The position numbers were made by a program, and so were the translations under genes. A stretch of 32,000 bases of DNA from Pseudodesulfovibrio piezophilus C1TLV30 (GTDB taxonomy: Bacteria > Desulfobacterota > Desulfovibrionia > Desulfovibrionales > Desulfovibrionaceae): contig NC_020409.1 of NCBI RefSeq assembly GCF_000341895.1, positions 2,250,001-2,282,000 of the forward strand. The letters run 5' to 3'. Within the stretch, counting starts at the first letter, position 1; each line of letters opens with the position of its first letter. Positions 14,808 to 23,737 of the stretch are shown here, in pieces. The notes under the pieces are model-generated. The model was not told the origin of the DNA and made no database searches. It worked only from the letters and a program-made list of their open reading frames with translations.

Positions 14808-17354
14808 TTATCTCGTGAGCGTCTCGCTCTTGCCCAGAAGACGGGCCAAAATCTGCTCCAGTTCCTGAATATCCACAGGTTTGGCCAAGTAGTCATCCAT
14901 CCCTTCCCGAAGGAAGAGTTCCCTATCGCCACTCATGGCATGGGCCGTGAGCGCCACAATGGGAATATGCTGTTTCCGACCAAGGTGGCTCCCTTGACGG
15001 ATACGGCGTGTCGCTTCGATCCCGTTCAGCTTCGGCATCTGAATATCCATGAGAATCAAATCGAAGTCATCTTCGGCCAGTTTGAGCAATGCCTGTTCGC
15101 CATCTGCAACCCATTGAACATGATGCCCAAGCCGCTCCAGAAACTTGCAAATGGCTATCCTGTTAGTTCGTTCATCCTCGGCGACCAGGATATGCCTGCC
15201 GTGCTCCAAAGGAGCATATGCTTCCACGGGATTGAGGATGCAAGCATTCGATTCCGACTCCATCATTTTGAAGGTGAGGACAAAATGGATGGATGTCCCC
15301 CGCCCTTTCTCGCTTTCCACACAGATATGTCCACCCATGAGCTCTGCCAAACGTTTGACAATATGCAAGCCCAGGCCGGTTCCCTGAAATTGTCGTGTAG
15401 ACGCACCATCCACTTGGGTAAATGCTCCAAAGACCTTGTCTATCATGTCATCGGCGATACCAATGCCCGTATCGACCACTGAGAAGAGCACCCGGCACTC
15501 TCCCGAACATATTTCCGAGACAGGAGAGACCTCAACACGGACAAAGCCCTGACTCGTAAACTTGAGCGCATTGCCAACCAGGTTGAAAAGGATCTGACGC
15601 AGCCGGGCAGGATCACCCTCCACACATCCCGGAGCATCGGCAGCCTGTTCGAACTCGAAGGCCACCTTTTTTTCCTCTGCCACATACGCAAAGGTCTCCT
15701 GCACGGACTGAAGGACTTCACCGAGAAAAAAACGCTCGGAAACGAGTTCCATCTTTCCTGCTTCAACTTTGGAAAGATCAAGAATATCACTCAGAAGTTG
15801 GGTCAGATTCCGGCATGATGTCAGGGCTGTTTCCACATATTCCCGGTGCTCGGCATCAAGGTCTTCCATACCGAGCAGTTGCAGCATCCCCATGGCCCCG
15901 TTCAACGGAGTTCTCAGTTCGTGGCTCATATTGGCCAGAAATTCGCTTTTGGCCCGATTTGCTTCCTCTGCCCGCGTCTTGGCCTGATGCAGCTCGGCTT
16001 CTATCTTTTTTCTGCCTGTAATATCCTGGATGACACCAAGCCGTTTGAGAGGAACCCCATTGTCATCGTACTCCGAACAGTACCAACTGTACGCATAGCG
16101 ATATTCGCCATTGTCAAAAGGCCTGAAGCGAATTTCCACGATCTGGTAAGGTGTTTCAGGACTCAGTGAATTCAATCCTTCGAGATACATATCAAGATCT
16201 TCCGGGTGAATCCTTTCGACAAAATCTTGAAATGGGGGAGTTTCGGCATCGCAGGGATACCCCAGCAGCATCCGCAACCCTTGGGACCAGTGCCCTATGC
16301 CAGTCTTCAAATCTCGTTCAAAGCTGCCGAAAGACGCGATTTCCTGCGCCCGATTGAGACGTTCCTCACTCCTTCTGAGCTGCTTCAGAGCCTCGACCTG
16401 GTCATCCCTGCTCGCCCGCAGCTTTCGTGTGAGTGTCGCCAGTGAACGGGAGCGCCATCCCACAAGCAGAAGAAAGGTCGAGAGAAAAACAAATGAGCCT
16501 ACAGCAACGACCACCCCTCTCCCCCAAAAAGGAGGACTGGGCAACTGCCACCTTTCAAGGGCATTGATAAAATCGGGCGAAGTAACAATCCCTGTGAGCA
16601 CAGCGCTCATGCGAGTAGCCAGCACGCTCTCGTCCTTGCGAAACAGAAACCCTCGCCGGATTGTCATCAGACTGGGACCAATGGCCTCTATTTTCCCATC
16701 CAATCCGAGATGGCGCATCTTTTCCACCACAACCATCTCCGGGGCAACCAGAGCTTCCACCTTGCCTGAGAGCAGATCGAAAAGGGCTTGGTCGAGATTG
16801 TCCGAAGGCACGAGAGGGACACCTTCCCAGTCAACTGTTGGTAGTCTGCTCACACATTCTTCAAGAACAGCGGTCGGACGACCATTCAAGTCCCCCAGTT
16901 CCCTGATATCACTGCTCTCCTGATGCACGAAGCAAAAGACACCTGTCGTGATGTAAGGTTCTGAAAAGAAAAATTCCGCCTGGCGTGACACACTCATACC
17001 AATACCCGGAACCACATCCGCGGTCCCGGACCGAACAGCTTCGAGCGCCGAGTCCCAGTCATCGACAAACACGATATCAAAATTCATGTCGAGTTTCCCG
17101 GCGACCCGAGAGAAGAGTTCAAAGGCCAGTCCTTCCGGGCTGCCCGCACGATCTGTCATGTAAAGAGGAGGATACTCTCTCAACAAGGCGACTGTAATAT
17201 GATCCGACTCATGGGCCGATGCCTGAGAAACCAGAAAGAGAAGAAGAAACAGCCAGACAGCGACGCTCTTTTTCAGAGTCCCTCCATCTCCTGCAAAACC
17301 ATACAAGACCGCATGCAAGATCGTCACACTCCCCCCCTCACCTTTTTTAGGCAT
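14808..17354 (-). CDS. hybrid sensor histidine kinase with periplasmic solute-binding (family 3) sensor domain, PAS, HisKA/HATPase and receiver
   Basis: Signal/TM segment, then an SBP_bac_3-like region, a second TM and a PAS-like region. H-box SHELRTPLNG, G-boxes DTGIGI and GTGLGL, and a C-terminal receiver with LILMDIQMP. AGGAGA SD upstream. Confidence 0.9.
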   Translation of the reverse strand: MPKKGEGGSVTILHAVLYGFAGDGGTLKKSVAVWLFLLLFLVSQASAHESDHITVALLREYPPLYMTDRAGSPEGLAFELFSRVAGKLDMNFDIVFVDDWDSALEAVRSGTADVVPGIGMSVSRQAEFFFSEPYITTGVFCFVHQESSDIRELGDLNGRPTAVLEECVSRLPTVDWEGVPLVPSDNLDQALFDLLSGKVEALVAPEMVVVEKMRHLGLDGKIEAIGPSLMTIRRGFLFRKDESVLATRMSAVLTGIVTSPDFINALERWQLPSPPFWGRGVVVAVGSFVFLSTFLLLVGWRSRSLATLTRKLRASRDDQVEALKQLRRSEERLNRAQEIASFGSFERDLKTGIGHWSQGLRMLLGYPCDAETPPFQDFVERIHPEDLDMYLEGLNSLSPETPYQIVEIRFRPFDNGEYRYAYSWYCSEYDDNGVPLKRLGVIQDITGRKKIEAELHQAKTRAEEANRAKSEFLANMSHELRTPLNGAMGMLQLLGMEDLDAEHREYVETALTSCRNLTQLLSDILDLSKVEAGKMELVSERFFLGEVLQSVQETFAYVAEEKKVAFEFEQAADAPGCVEGDPARLRQILFNLVGNALKFTSQGFVRVEVSPVSEICSGECRVLFSVVDTGIGIADDMIDKVFGAFTQVDGASTRQFQGTGLGLHIVKRLAELMGGHICVESEKGRGTSIHFVLTFKMMESESNACILNPVEAYAPLEHGRHILVAEDERTNRIAICKFLERLGHHVQWVADGEQALLKLAEDDFDLILMDIQMPKLNGIEATRRIRQGSHLGRKQHIPIVALTAHAMSGDRELFLREGMDDYLAKPVDIQELEQILARLLGKSETLTR

Positions 17355-17440
17355 AGAGGAGTATCTCCTGAGCCGGGAGGGAAATCAAGCCTGTTATAAC
17401 ACGGGCTCCCACACCATCAACGTACCACCCCAGACGCACC

Positions 17441-17499
17441 AAAACTCGGAGACCATGCAGACCATGGAAAACCATGGATCAGCAGAGTCTCCGAGTTTT
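17441..17499 (-). terminator. long inverted repeat downstream of era (probable terminator)
   Basis: Perfect 13-bp arms AAAACTCGGAGAC / GTCTCCGAGTTTT enclose a nested CCATGG-aaaa-CCATGG hairpin. It starts 66 nt after the era stop codon. Confidence 0.6.
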
Positions 17500-17564
17500 G
17501 AAGCCCCTCTCCTTTTACGAAATATTCGATGTCGCTCCTTCTTCCAGGTCCGACACGAAAGGAA

Positions 17565-18473
17565 TTATTCTCCAAGCCCCATGGCACGCAGAAATCCCGG
17601 ATCTTCCGTCCAGCCCGCCCGGACCTTGACCCACAACTCCAGATGCACCTTGCAGCCGAGCAGTTCAGCGATTTCCAGCCGGGCTTCAGAGCCTATCTTC
17701 TTGAGATTCGCCCCCTGCTTGCCGATGATCATGCCCTTGTGATTTTTCTGGGCGGTATAGATGACCGCGTTGACCAGGGCCATCCCCGGCCGAGACTGTT
17801 CGTCCCACGCCTCTATCTCTACCGCAGTTGTATAGGGGAGTTCCTGTCGCAGGGAATAGAAAAGCTTTTCCCGAATAATCTCGGCAGCCATGAAGCGAAC
17901 CGGGGCAGTGGAGACCTGATCCTCCGGAAACATCGGCGCACCTTCAGGGAGAAAATCGAGCACACGGGCCAGCAACTCCTGAGTACCTTGCCCACGCAGA
18001 GCGGACACAGGGATAAATTCGGCCTCGGGCCAGAGCTCCCCGAGCTTTGCCATGACCGGCAACATTGCGGGCTTGTCCTTGACCCGGTCAATCTTGTTCA
18101 CCGCCACCAGCACGGGCCGACCGGACTCGGCCACAGGCTGGACCAGCGGCTTGATCTCTTTATCCAGCAAATGCGGCTTGGATGCATACAGCCCTGCGTC
18201 CACAAGCACGACGACAACATCCGACCCGGCCAGAGCATTCCAGGCAGATTCCAGCAGGAATCGATTCATCTTGCCACGCAGCTGATGAATTCCGGGAGTA
18301 TCCAGAAAAACGATCTGTGCGTCTTCGTTGGTCAGAATGCCGCTGATGCGATTGCGGGTGGTCTGCGGCCGGGGTGACACAATAGCCACCTTCTGCCCCA
18401 GATATTGATTCATGAGCGTGCTTTTCCCCGCATTGGGCGGGCCGATGAGGGCCACTGTTCCAAACTTGTGCAT
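17565..18473 (-). CDS. era: GTPase Era
   Basis: G1 GPPNAGKST, G3 DTPG and G4 NKID motifs, with a C-terminal KH domain. 302 aa. AAGGAA SD upstream. Confidence 0.95.
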   Translation of the reverse strand: MHKFGTVALIGPPNAGKSTLMNQYLGQKVAIVSPRPQTTRNRISGILTNEDAQIVFLDTPGIHQLRGKMNRFLLESAWNALAGSDVVVVLVDAGLYASKPHLLDKEIKPLVQPVAESGRPVLVAVNKIDRVKDKPAMLPVMAKLGELWPEAEFIPVSALRGQGTQELLARVLDFLPEGAPMFPEDQVSTAPVRFMAAEIIREKLFYSLRQELPYTTAVEIEAWDEQSRPGMALVNAVIYTAQKNHKGMIIGKQGANLKKIGSEARLEIAELLGCKVHLELWVKVRAGWTEDPGFLRAMGLGE

Positions 18474-18544
18474 ACTGTTCCTTGCTGGTTGAGACTATCC
18501 CGGTCAATTCCGTTGCTGCCGACTACAGGGCTTTGCAAAAAAAC

Positions 18545-18967
18545 TCAAACATCTTTCTTGAACCGGTCTTCGGCAATCCTGACCTTTTCCACAATCCGGC
18601 GATAATAGTCATCCGACGCTTCCAGGTTGACCGCCCGCCCGCGCCCTTCGTTCATCTTCATGATCATGACATGCAGCTTGTGCATCTGACGATATCGTTC
18701 GCCTTCGTCCTCCATGCCCGCCAGAAGATCGATCGTTCGATTGATCTCCTGCTCTTCGGCCAGGGCCGGAGGGACAAATCCGCCACTTTTGAGCATTCGA
18801 TAAGCCAGACGCAATTCCGGGGGCAGGTGCTGCGCTTCATCCGGCTTCAGCGGTTTTCCCATGCCTTCGAGGTTGTCAAACCCGCCCTTTTCCATGTCCT
18901 GTCGGATACGTTCCTCGGCTACTATCTGGGATAAAAATGACATGAAAGTATTTTCCACAAGGGACAT
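18545..18967 (-). CDS. DUF1992 (DnaJ-C28-like) domain protein
   Basis: GGFDNLEGMGKPL and LKSGGFVPP motifs, recalled from the DUF1992 family. The start could instead be the internal ATG 18943. Confidence 0.7.
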   Translation of the reverse strand: MSLVENTFMSFLSQIVAEERIRQDMEKGGFDNLEGMGKPLKPDEAQHLPPELRLAYRMLKSGGFVPPALAEEQEINRTIDLLAGMEDEGERYRQMHKLHVMIMKMNEGRGRAVNLEASDDYYRRIVEKVRIAEDRFKKDV

Positions 18968-19108
18968 GGACTTGTCAAAGGATCACTCCATGAACACCTC
19001 GCTCCACCGGCAAGAAGACTCGAAAAAACGACCCTCTTTCTGCACGGCACAACGCCGAGCCACTCCTGAAAACAAGGAATGACTCTCTTGAATCCGGGTC
19101 GAAAACGA

Positions 19109-20542
19109 CTAAACGTCCAGCCCTTGTTTTTTGTATTCATTCAGCTTGTTGCGTAGAGTACGCACAGAAATGCCCAATAATTCGGCTGCGCGGGTCCGGT
19201 TCCCCGTGGTCTCTTCCAAGGACTTGAGAATCAGCCTTTTCTCCATCTCATGAATAGGCATGACAGAAAGAGCTTCCGCAGCAGAAGCAGGCGGTGGTGC
19301 TTCGCTGACGGCGCGCTGATCCGCATCCACCCCGGCCAGATCATCCGGGAACCATTGATCATCCCCCATAAGAAAATGTCTGGGCTGAATCGGCCCTTCC
19401 CCGGCCAGAAGCACTGCACGCTCCATGAGATTCTGCAATTCACGCACATTGCCCGGCCACTCATACCCGGTCAGCCATTGCTTGGCATCCTCGGTAAAGG
19501 CCAGTTGACCCAGCCCATAGGTGGCTGAAAATTTGTTGGTAAAATACTCGGCCAGAAGCAGAACGTCATCGCCCCGTTCCCCAAGCGCGGGCAGTTTGAG
19601 CGGGATCACATTGAGCCGATAAAAGAGATCCTGGCGAAAGGAGTTGTCCCGAACCGACCCTTCGATATCACGGTTCGTGGTGGCCAGAACCCGGACATCC
19701 ACCTTGACAGTCTCCACGCCGCCCACCCGGTCAAATTCCGATTCCTGCAACACACGCAAAAGCTTGGCCTGAAGCCCAAGGTCCATTTCGGTGATTTCGT
19801 CCAGCAGGATGGTGCCGCCATTGGCCAACTCGAATTTACCGAGCTTACGATTGATGGCCCCGGTGAACGCCCCCTTTTCGTGTCCGAACAGTTCGGATTC
19901 CAGCAAATGCTCAGGCAGGGCCGCACAGTTGATGGCAACAAACGCCTTGTCTGCCCGGTCAGAATTATGGTGCAGATAGCGGGCGAACATTTCCTTACCT
20001 GTCCCGGATTCGCCGGAAATAAGCACCGTGGCCTTGGATTTGGCCACACGTTTGGCTAGCGAGAGAACTCGAAGCACGGCCTCGTGCCGCCCGATGATCT
20101 GAAACTTTCCGGCCATGCCGGAAGCGTTCGCAGCCTGAGAGGCAGGCTTGGGCCTGGATTCAGGCTCCGGCTCAGGTTCCGGGTCCGGCTCTTTCGGAGG
20201 CAGTACCAACTTGATCTTCTCCCATGCGAGTGGTTCCAGCCAAAAATCACGGGCTCCAAGCTCCAGAAACCGGGTCGCTTCCTCGGCACTTCCCGTGGCG
20301 GAAAAGACCACGACCGGCGGGAAACCTTCAGTTGTGCCTGCATGCTCCAACAAAACAGCGGCATCAAACCCCTGCAACGAGGGGCGGCAAAAAACGAGAC
20401 ACGGTTTGGATTTTCGGATAAATCCAAGCGCACCAGTAATATTATCGGCTAACCCTGCCTGAAGGCCCGCCTCCTGAAGAGTGGGAAATATGGCTGTGAC
20501 GGACTGGGGTTCCGCAATGAAGAGTACTGTTCGAGCCGACAT
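19109..20542 (-). CDS. sigma-54-dependent Fis-family transcriptional activator with a degenerate receiver domain
   Basis: AAA+ core with GESGTGKE and the GAFTGA loop, and a C-terminal HTH RAAELLGISVRTLRNKL. The N-terminal receiver-like fold lacks the acceptor Asp. ATG 20542 (MSARTVLF) has an AAGGAA SD; the track ORF starts at 20650. Confidence 0.9.
   Translation of the reverse strand: MSARTVLFIAEPQSVTAIFPTLQEAGLQAGLADNITGALGFIRKSKPCLVFCRPSLQGFDAAVLLEHAGTTEGFPPVVVFSATGSAEEATRFLELGARDFWLEPLAWEKIKLVLPPKEPDPEPEPEPESRPKPASQAANASGMAGKFQIIGRHEAVLRVLSLAKRVAKSKATVLISGESGTGKEMFARYLHHNSDRADKAFVAINCAALPEHLLESELFGHEKGAFTGAINRKLGKFELANGGTILLDEITEMDLGLQAKLLRVLQESEFDRVGGVETVKVDVRVLATTNRDIEGSVRDNSFRQDLFYRLNVIPLKLPALGERGDDVLLLAEYFTNKFSATYGLGQLAFTEDAKQWLTGYEWPGNVRELQNLMERAVLLAGEGPIQPRHFLMGDDQWFPDDLAGVDADQRAVSEAPPPASAAEALSVMPIHEMEKRLILKSLEETTGNRTRAAELLGISVRTLRNKLNEYKKQGLDV
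20160..20192 (-). repeat. hexanucleotide (GGNTCN)5 repeat encoding a Pro/Glu linker
   Basis: Plus strand reads tca ggctcc ggctca ggttcc gggtcc ggctct. It encodes ...PDPEPEPEPES... between the receiver-like and AAA+ domains. Confidence 0.7.
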
Positions 20543-20905
20543 GATTCCTTCTATTACCGATAAGTTGCCTTGTTTACAAGTCGATCCCTGATTCGCCTCA
20601 CATTTTATCTGCCAGGCTCCACAGGCAAGGCCTCTTGGCACACAATCCACTTCCTCTCTTTTCCTCGTGAATCATTCGAGCTTCATGGGTAACCGGTCTC
20701 AAAAGAGGTTTGCCGCAATGGATAAAAAAAGCCCAAAGGGCCGTGCTCCGAACCCTCCCAACTTCCATGACAGAGGGCTGGGATTTCAGCCCTGACGGAC
20801 GGGGGACGCTTTCTGACAGGCGAGCCCCAATGGACCGGAGAGAAACGCCTGCCTGACAGACAAGAGCCGTGCCGCCTTCACCAGATAACGACACGGCCTT
20901 GTCCA

Positions 20906-22456
20906 TTACTCCTCGATGGCAGGTGGGGAGGAGTGAACCACCTTGACCACCGAGGGTGGAGACACCGCACGGTTTGCACTGTGTCGGGTCTTGAAAAACT
21001 GCATTTCACGCTGCAACTCATCGGCCTGTTCCACCAAATGGGCGGCTGTTCCGGACAAACGCTCGGCCACGGAGACATTCTGCTGGATGGTTTTGTCGAG
21101 GCGCTCAATAGCCCCACCCACCTGATCGGCCCCTTCGCTCTGCTCTCTGCTTGACGCGTTGATCTCTTCAATCATTTCAGCCGTTCGCTCAATCTCGGGA
21201 ACCAGCCGCTGCAACAATTCCTCGGCTTCATCGGAAATACGAACCGTATTGCCGGAAAGTTCACTGATTTCCCCGGCGGCCCGGCCACTGCGTTCTGCCA
21301 GCTTGCGAACTTCGGCCGCCACCACGGCAAACCCCTTGCCATGCTCCCCGGCCCTGGCTGCCTCAATCGCCGCGTTCAATGCCAACAGATTGGTCTGCCG
21401 CGCGATTTCCTCGATGACTGTTATCTTGTCGGCAATCGTCTTGATAGCACTCAGCGCCGTACTGACGGATGTCCCGCTCTGTTTGGCACTCTCCGCTGCG
21501 TTGAGAGCAATACTTCGAGTCTGTTCTGAATTCTTTGAAGTGTTTGAAATAGTGGTTCGAATTGTCCCCATAAGTGAAGAAATATGCTCTATGGCCTCCC
21601 CCTGCTCACTGGTGCCACGAGCAAGAAGAGATGCGACATCCGAAAGCTCGGAACTCCCGGAAGCAACGTTGTCCGCAGCCCTTTTGGAAGTTCCCACGAC
21701 CTCGCTCAAGCTTTCGCTCATGCCGGCCAGTTCCCTGGCAACCAGCCCTATCTCGTTTTGAGCGTGGTCGGTTCCGCTTCGCCTCATCCTGTCCAGATCA
21801 CCCAACCCCATCTCTTGCACGGAAGCCTGAATCCTGCGCACCGCCAAAACAATATTTTTGTAAAACATCAGGCAGATGATAAATGAAATAAGACCCATCA
21901 AAAGAATACCACCGATCTGTGTGCCCAATAACAACCGAACCCGACTCTCGGACTCCGCCTGCATCATGCCGACACCCTTGTCCATATTTGAAAGTACATT
22001 CAGGCTTTGCTTGATGAAATCCGGCCGTAATGTCCCATTGGCAAGAATCTCTTCTATCTGGGATCGATAGCCTCCCCAAAGCCCACGAACCTGTACCAAT
22101 TGTTCCCTCACGGACTTGGAAGCCCGGGGAATACCCCTTGTCTCGCCCTCGGGATCAATGGATATGGGAGCCGGGCCGGAATCGATCAATGCGTTGAGTG
22201 TCATTTCAAAAAGACGGGCAGTCTTGTTCACCTGCGCGGCAGTGGAAGTCGCATCTCGCCCTGCCCGTATTTCCTGAAGATAGAAAAGTGCTTCCTTGGC
22301 CATTTTCTGGCTCAGCATACGCTGACGCCCGGCCAAATTAATCACCAGCCCATCACTTTTTTGTGCAGAGGTGATCACTGCCGTGGCACTGAACATGCCA
22401 AAGCCGATGAGTAGCAACAAGCCAACGGATATATTCAAACTCATTCTCAAAGTCAT
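20906..22456 (-). CDS. methyl-accepting chemotaxis protein with PilJ/NarX-type periplasmic sensor
   Basis: NLAGRQRMLSQKMAKE motif in the periplasmic part, a HAMP region, and a conserved signalling hairpin (LLALNAAIEAARAGEHGKGFAVVAAEVRKLAERS). ATG 22456 has a CAGGGG SD; TTG 22477 is an alternative start. Confidence 0.9.
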   Translation of the reverse strand: MTLRMSLNISVGLLLLIGFGMFSATAVITSAQKSDGLVINLAGRQRMLSQKMAKEALFYLQEIRAGRDATSTAAQVNKTARLFEMTLNALIDSGPAPISIDPEGETRGIPRASKSVREQLVQVRGLWGGYRSQIEEILANGTLRPDFIKQSLNVLSNMDKGVGMMQAESESRVRLLLGTQIGGILLMGLISFIICLMFYKNIVLAVRRIQASVQEMGLGDLDRMRRSGTDHAQNEIGLVARELAGMSESLSEVVGTSKRAADNVASGSSELSDVASLLARGTSEQGEAIEHISSLMGTIRTTISNTSKNSEQTRSIALNAAESAKQSGTSVSTALSAIKTIADKITVIEEIARQTNLLALNAAIEAARAGEHGKGFAVVAAEVRKLAERSGRAAGEISELSGNTVRISDEAEELLQRLVPEIERTAEMIEEINASSREQSEGADQVGGAIERLDKTIQQNVSVAERLSGTAAHLVEQADELQREMQFFKTRHSANRAVSPPSVVKVVHSSPPAIEE

Positions 22457-22753
22457 AACGGACCCCTGTCTCTTCAACCGTGCATGAAAATCGTCCCTGA
22501 TCGGATTTTCTCATACTATGACTATGGATAACATCGACCAACAGTTCTATTATAAACCCTCTTCGATACCACGTACTCCCTGATAAAAAGAGGCGCAGGC
22601 GTCCGGAGAATCGACCTCATATTATCACACTCCCCCAATGACATGAAAATGAAAATACGCTAGGCTTTGTGCAATACCATGTGACAGACTCTCACAAAAT
22701 GGGGATCGAAACATCTCTGAATCCCCGTGCTTACGACAAAATTGTGGTGGACA

Positions 22754-23689
22754 ATGAAAAGGTTTCTCCCGTCTGCATTACTTATTCTCATCCTGCTTGT
22801 ATTGTCTTCCCCTGCCTTCTCGGGTCCCATGATCCTGACGTACCGTTCCCCGGAAAGCTCCCTGGACCATCGCTACGATTATGATAACGCGGCCTTGAAA
22901 CTCGCTCTGGAAAAAACGAAAAAAAAATGGGGTGACTATCGCCTGGTGCCAAGTCCGAAAATGAATTTTTCCAGAGCCATTTCCATGCTCAAGGCAGAAG
23001 AACTCATCAATCCGATGTTCAAGCATTCAGCCAGCAACGCTTTATGCGGAGATCTCGGATATGCTCCCTTTCCTGTTGATTTGGGCATAGTGAGTTACCG
23101 CGTGTTCTTTGTTTCCAAGCTTGTCGACCGGAAACTTCACACAGTCACTTCCCTTGAGAACCTCCGAGGTTTCTCCATCGGACAGGGCTACGGCTGGCTC
23201 GACGTAGGCATCCTCTCCAACGCAGGATTCAACGTCATCGTCATCCCCTCCTATGAGAGCCTTTTCACGATGGTTGCAAGAGGACGCTTCGACCTGCTCT
23301 CCCGTGGGGTCAACGAGGTCAAAGGAGAGTTCGAGGCCCATCAGTTTCTACCGAACTTCGTCCTGCACCGACATGTAGGATTATATTACCCCCTGCCTCG
23401 ATTTTTCTTCACCAATAAGACCAGTAACAAGGCTGCACAACGGGTCTACGAAGGTCTGGTCGCGGCATACGAGGACGGCTCCCTCATGGAGTTGTGGGAA
23501 AGGAAATATCGACCCAGTCTGGATTTTACCAGTTTTCGGGAAATAACGTTTTTTCATATCGAAAACCCCTACCTCAATCTGATAGACTCCGGGTACAAAC
23601 GATTTTTTATCCATGATCAACAGGAGGCCTCCCCTGCCTCGCCACAACCCGGTGCTCCCTTCAATCCGGACCCCGCCACCTTGCCCTGA
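22754..23689 (+). CDS. secreted solute-binding-protein-like (family 3 type) protein, no transporter partner nearby
   Basis: Signal peptide MKRFLPSALLILILLVLSSPAFS-GP. The body loosely resembles periplasmic binding proteins (GQGYGW...SYESLFTMVARGRFDLLSRG). The call is weak. Confidence 0.6.
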   Translation: MKRFLPSALLILILLVLSSPAFSGPMILTYRSPESSLDHRYDYDNAALKLALEKTKKKWGDYRLVPSPKMNFSRAISMLKAEELINPMFKHSASNALCGDLGYAPFPVDLGIVSYRVFFVSKLVDRKLHTVTSLENLRGFSIGQGYGWLDVGILSNAGFNVIVIPSYESLFTMVARGRFDLLSRGVNEVKGEFEAHQFLPNFVLHRHVGLYYPLPRFFFTNKTSNKAAQRVYEGLVAAYEDGSLMELWERKYRPSLDFTSFREITFFHIENPYLNLIDSGYKRFFIHDQQEASPASPQPGAPFNPDPATLP

Positions 23690-23737
23690 CCTTTCCCTTC
23701 TGATAGGTCTCGTGTGCTTCACACAAACGAGAAAATC

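Noticed and set aside
18523-18539. Shared motif TTTGCAAA(N)CCCTGTAG between the era upstream region and both repeat copies
   Set aside because: It is a 16-17-nt match with one indel. Given roughly 2 billion pairwise position comparisons within a 32-kb window on two strands, a match of this length is expected by chance. The flanks show no further similarity, and the TTGCA part lacks a correctly spaced GGCAC for sigma-54.
20598-20906. 102-aa minus-strand ORF starting in a TAATG overlap with the MCP stop codon
   Set aside because: The start overlap suggests coupling. But the translation (MDKAVSLSGEGGTALVCQAGVSLRSIGARLSES...) has no family look and is Ser/Gly/Arg/Leu-rich. It runs into the region that should hold the promoter of the sigma-54 activator gene.
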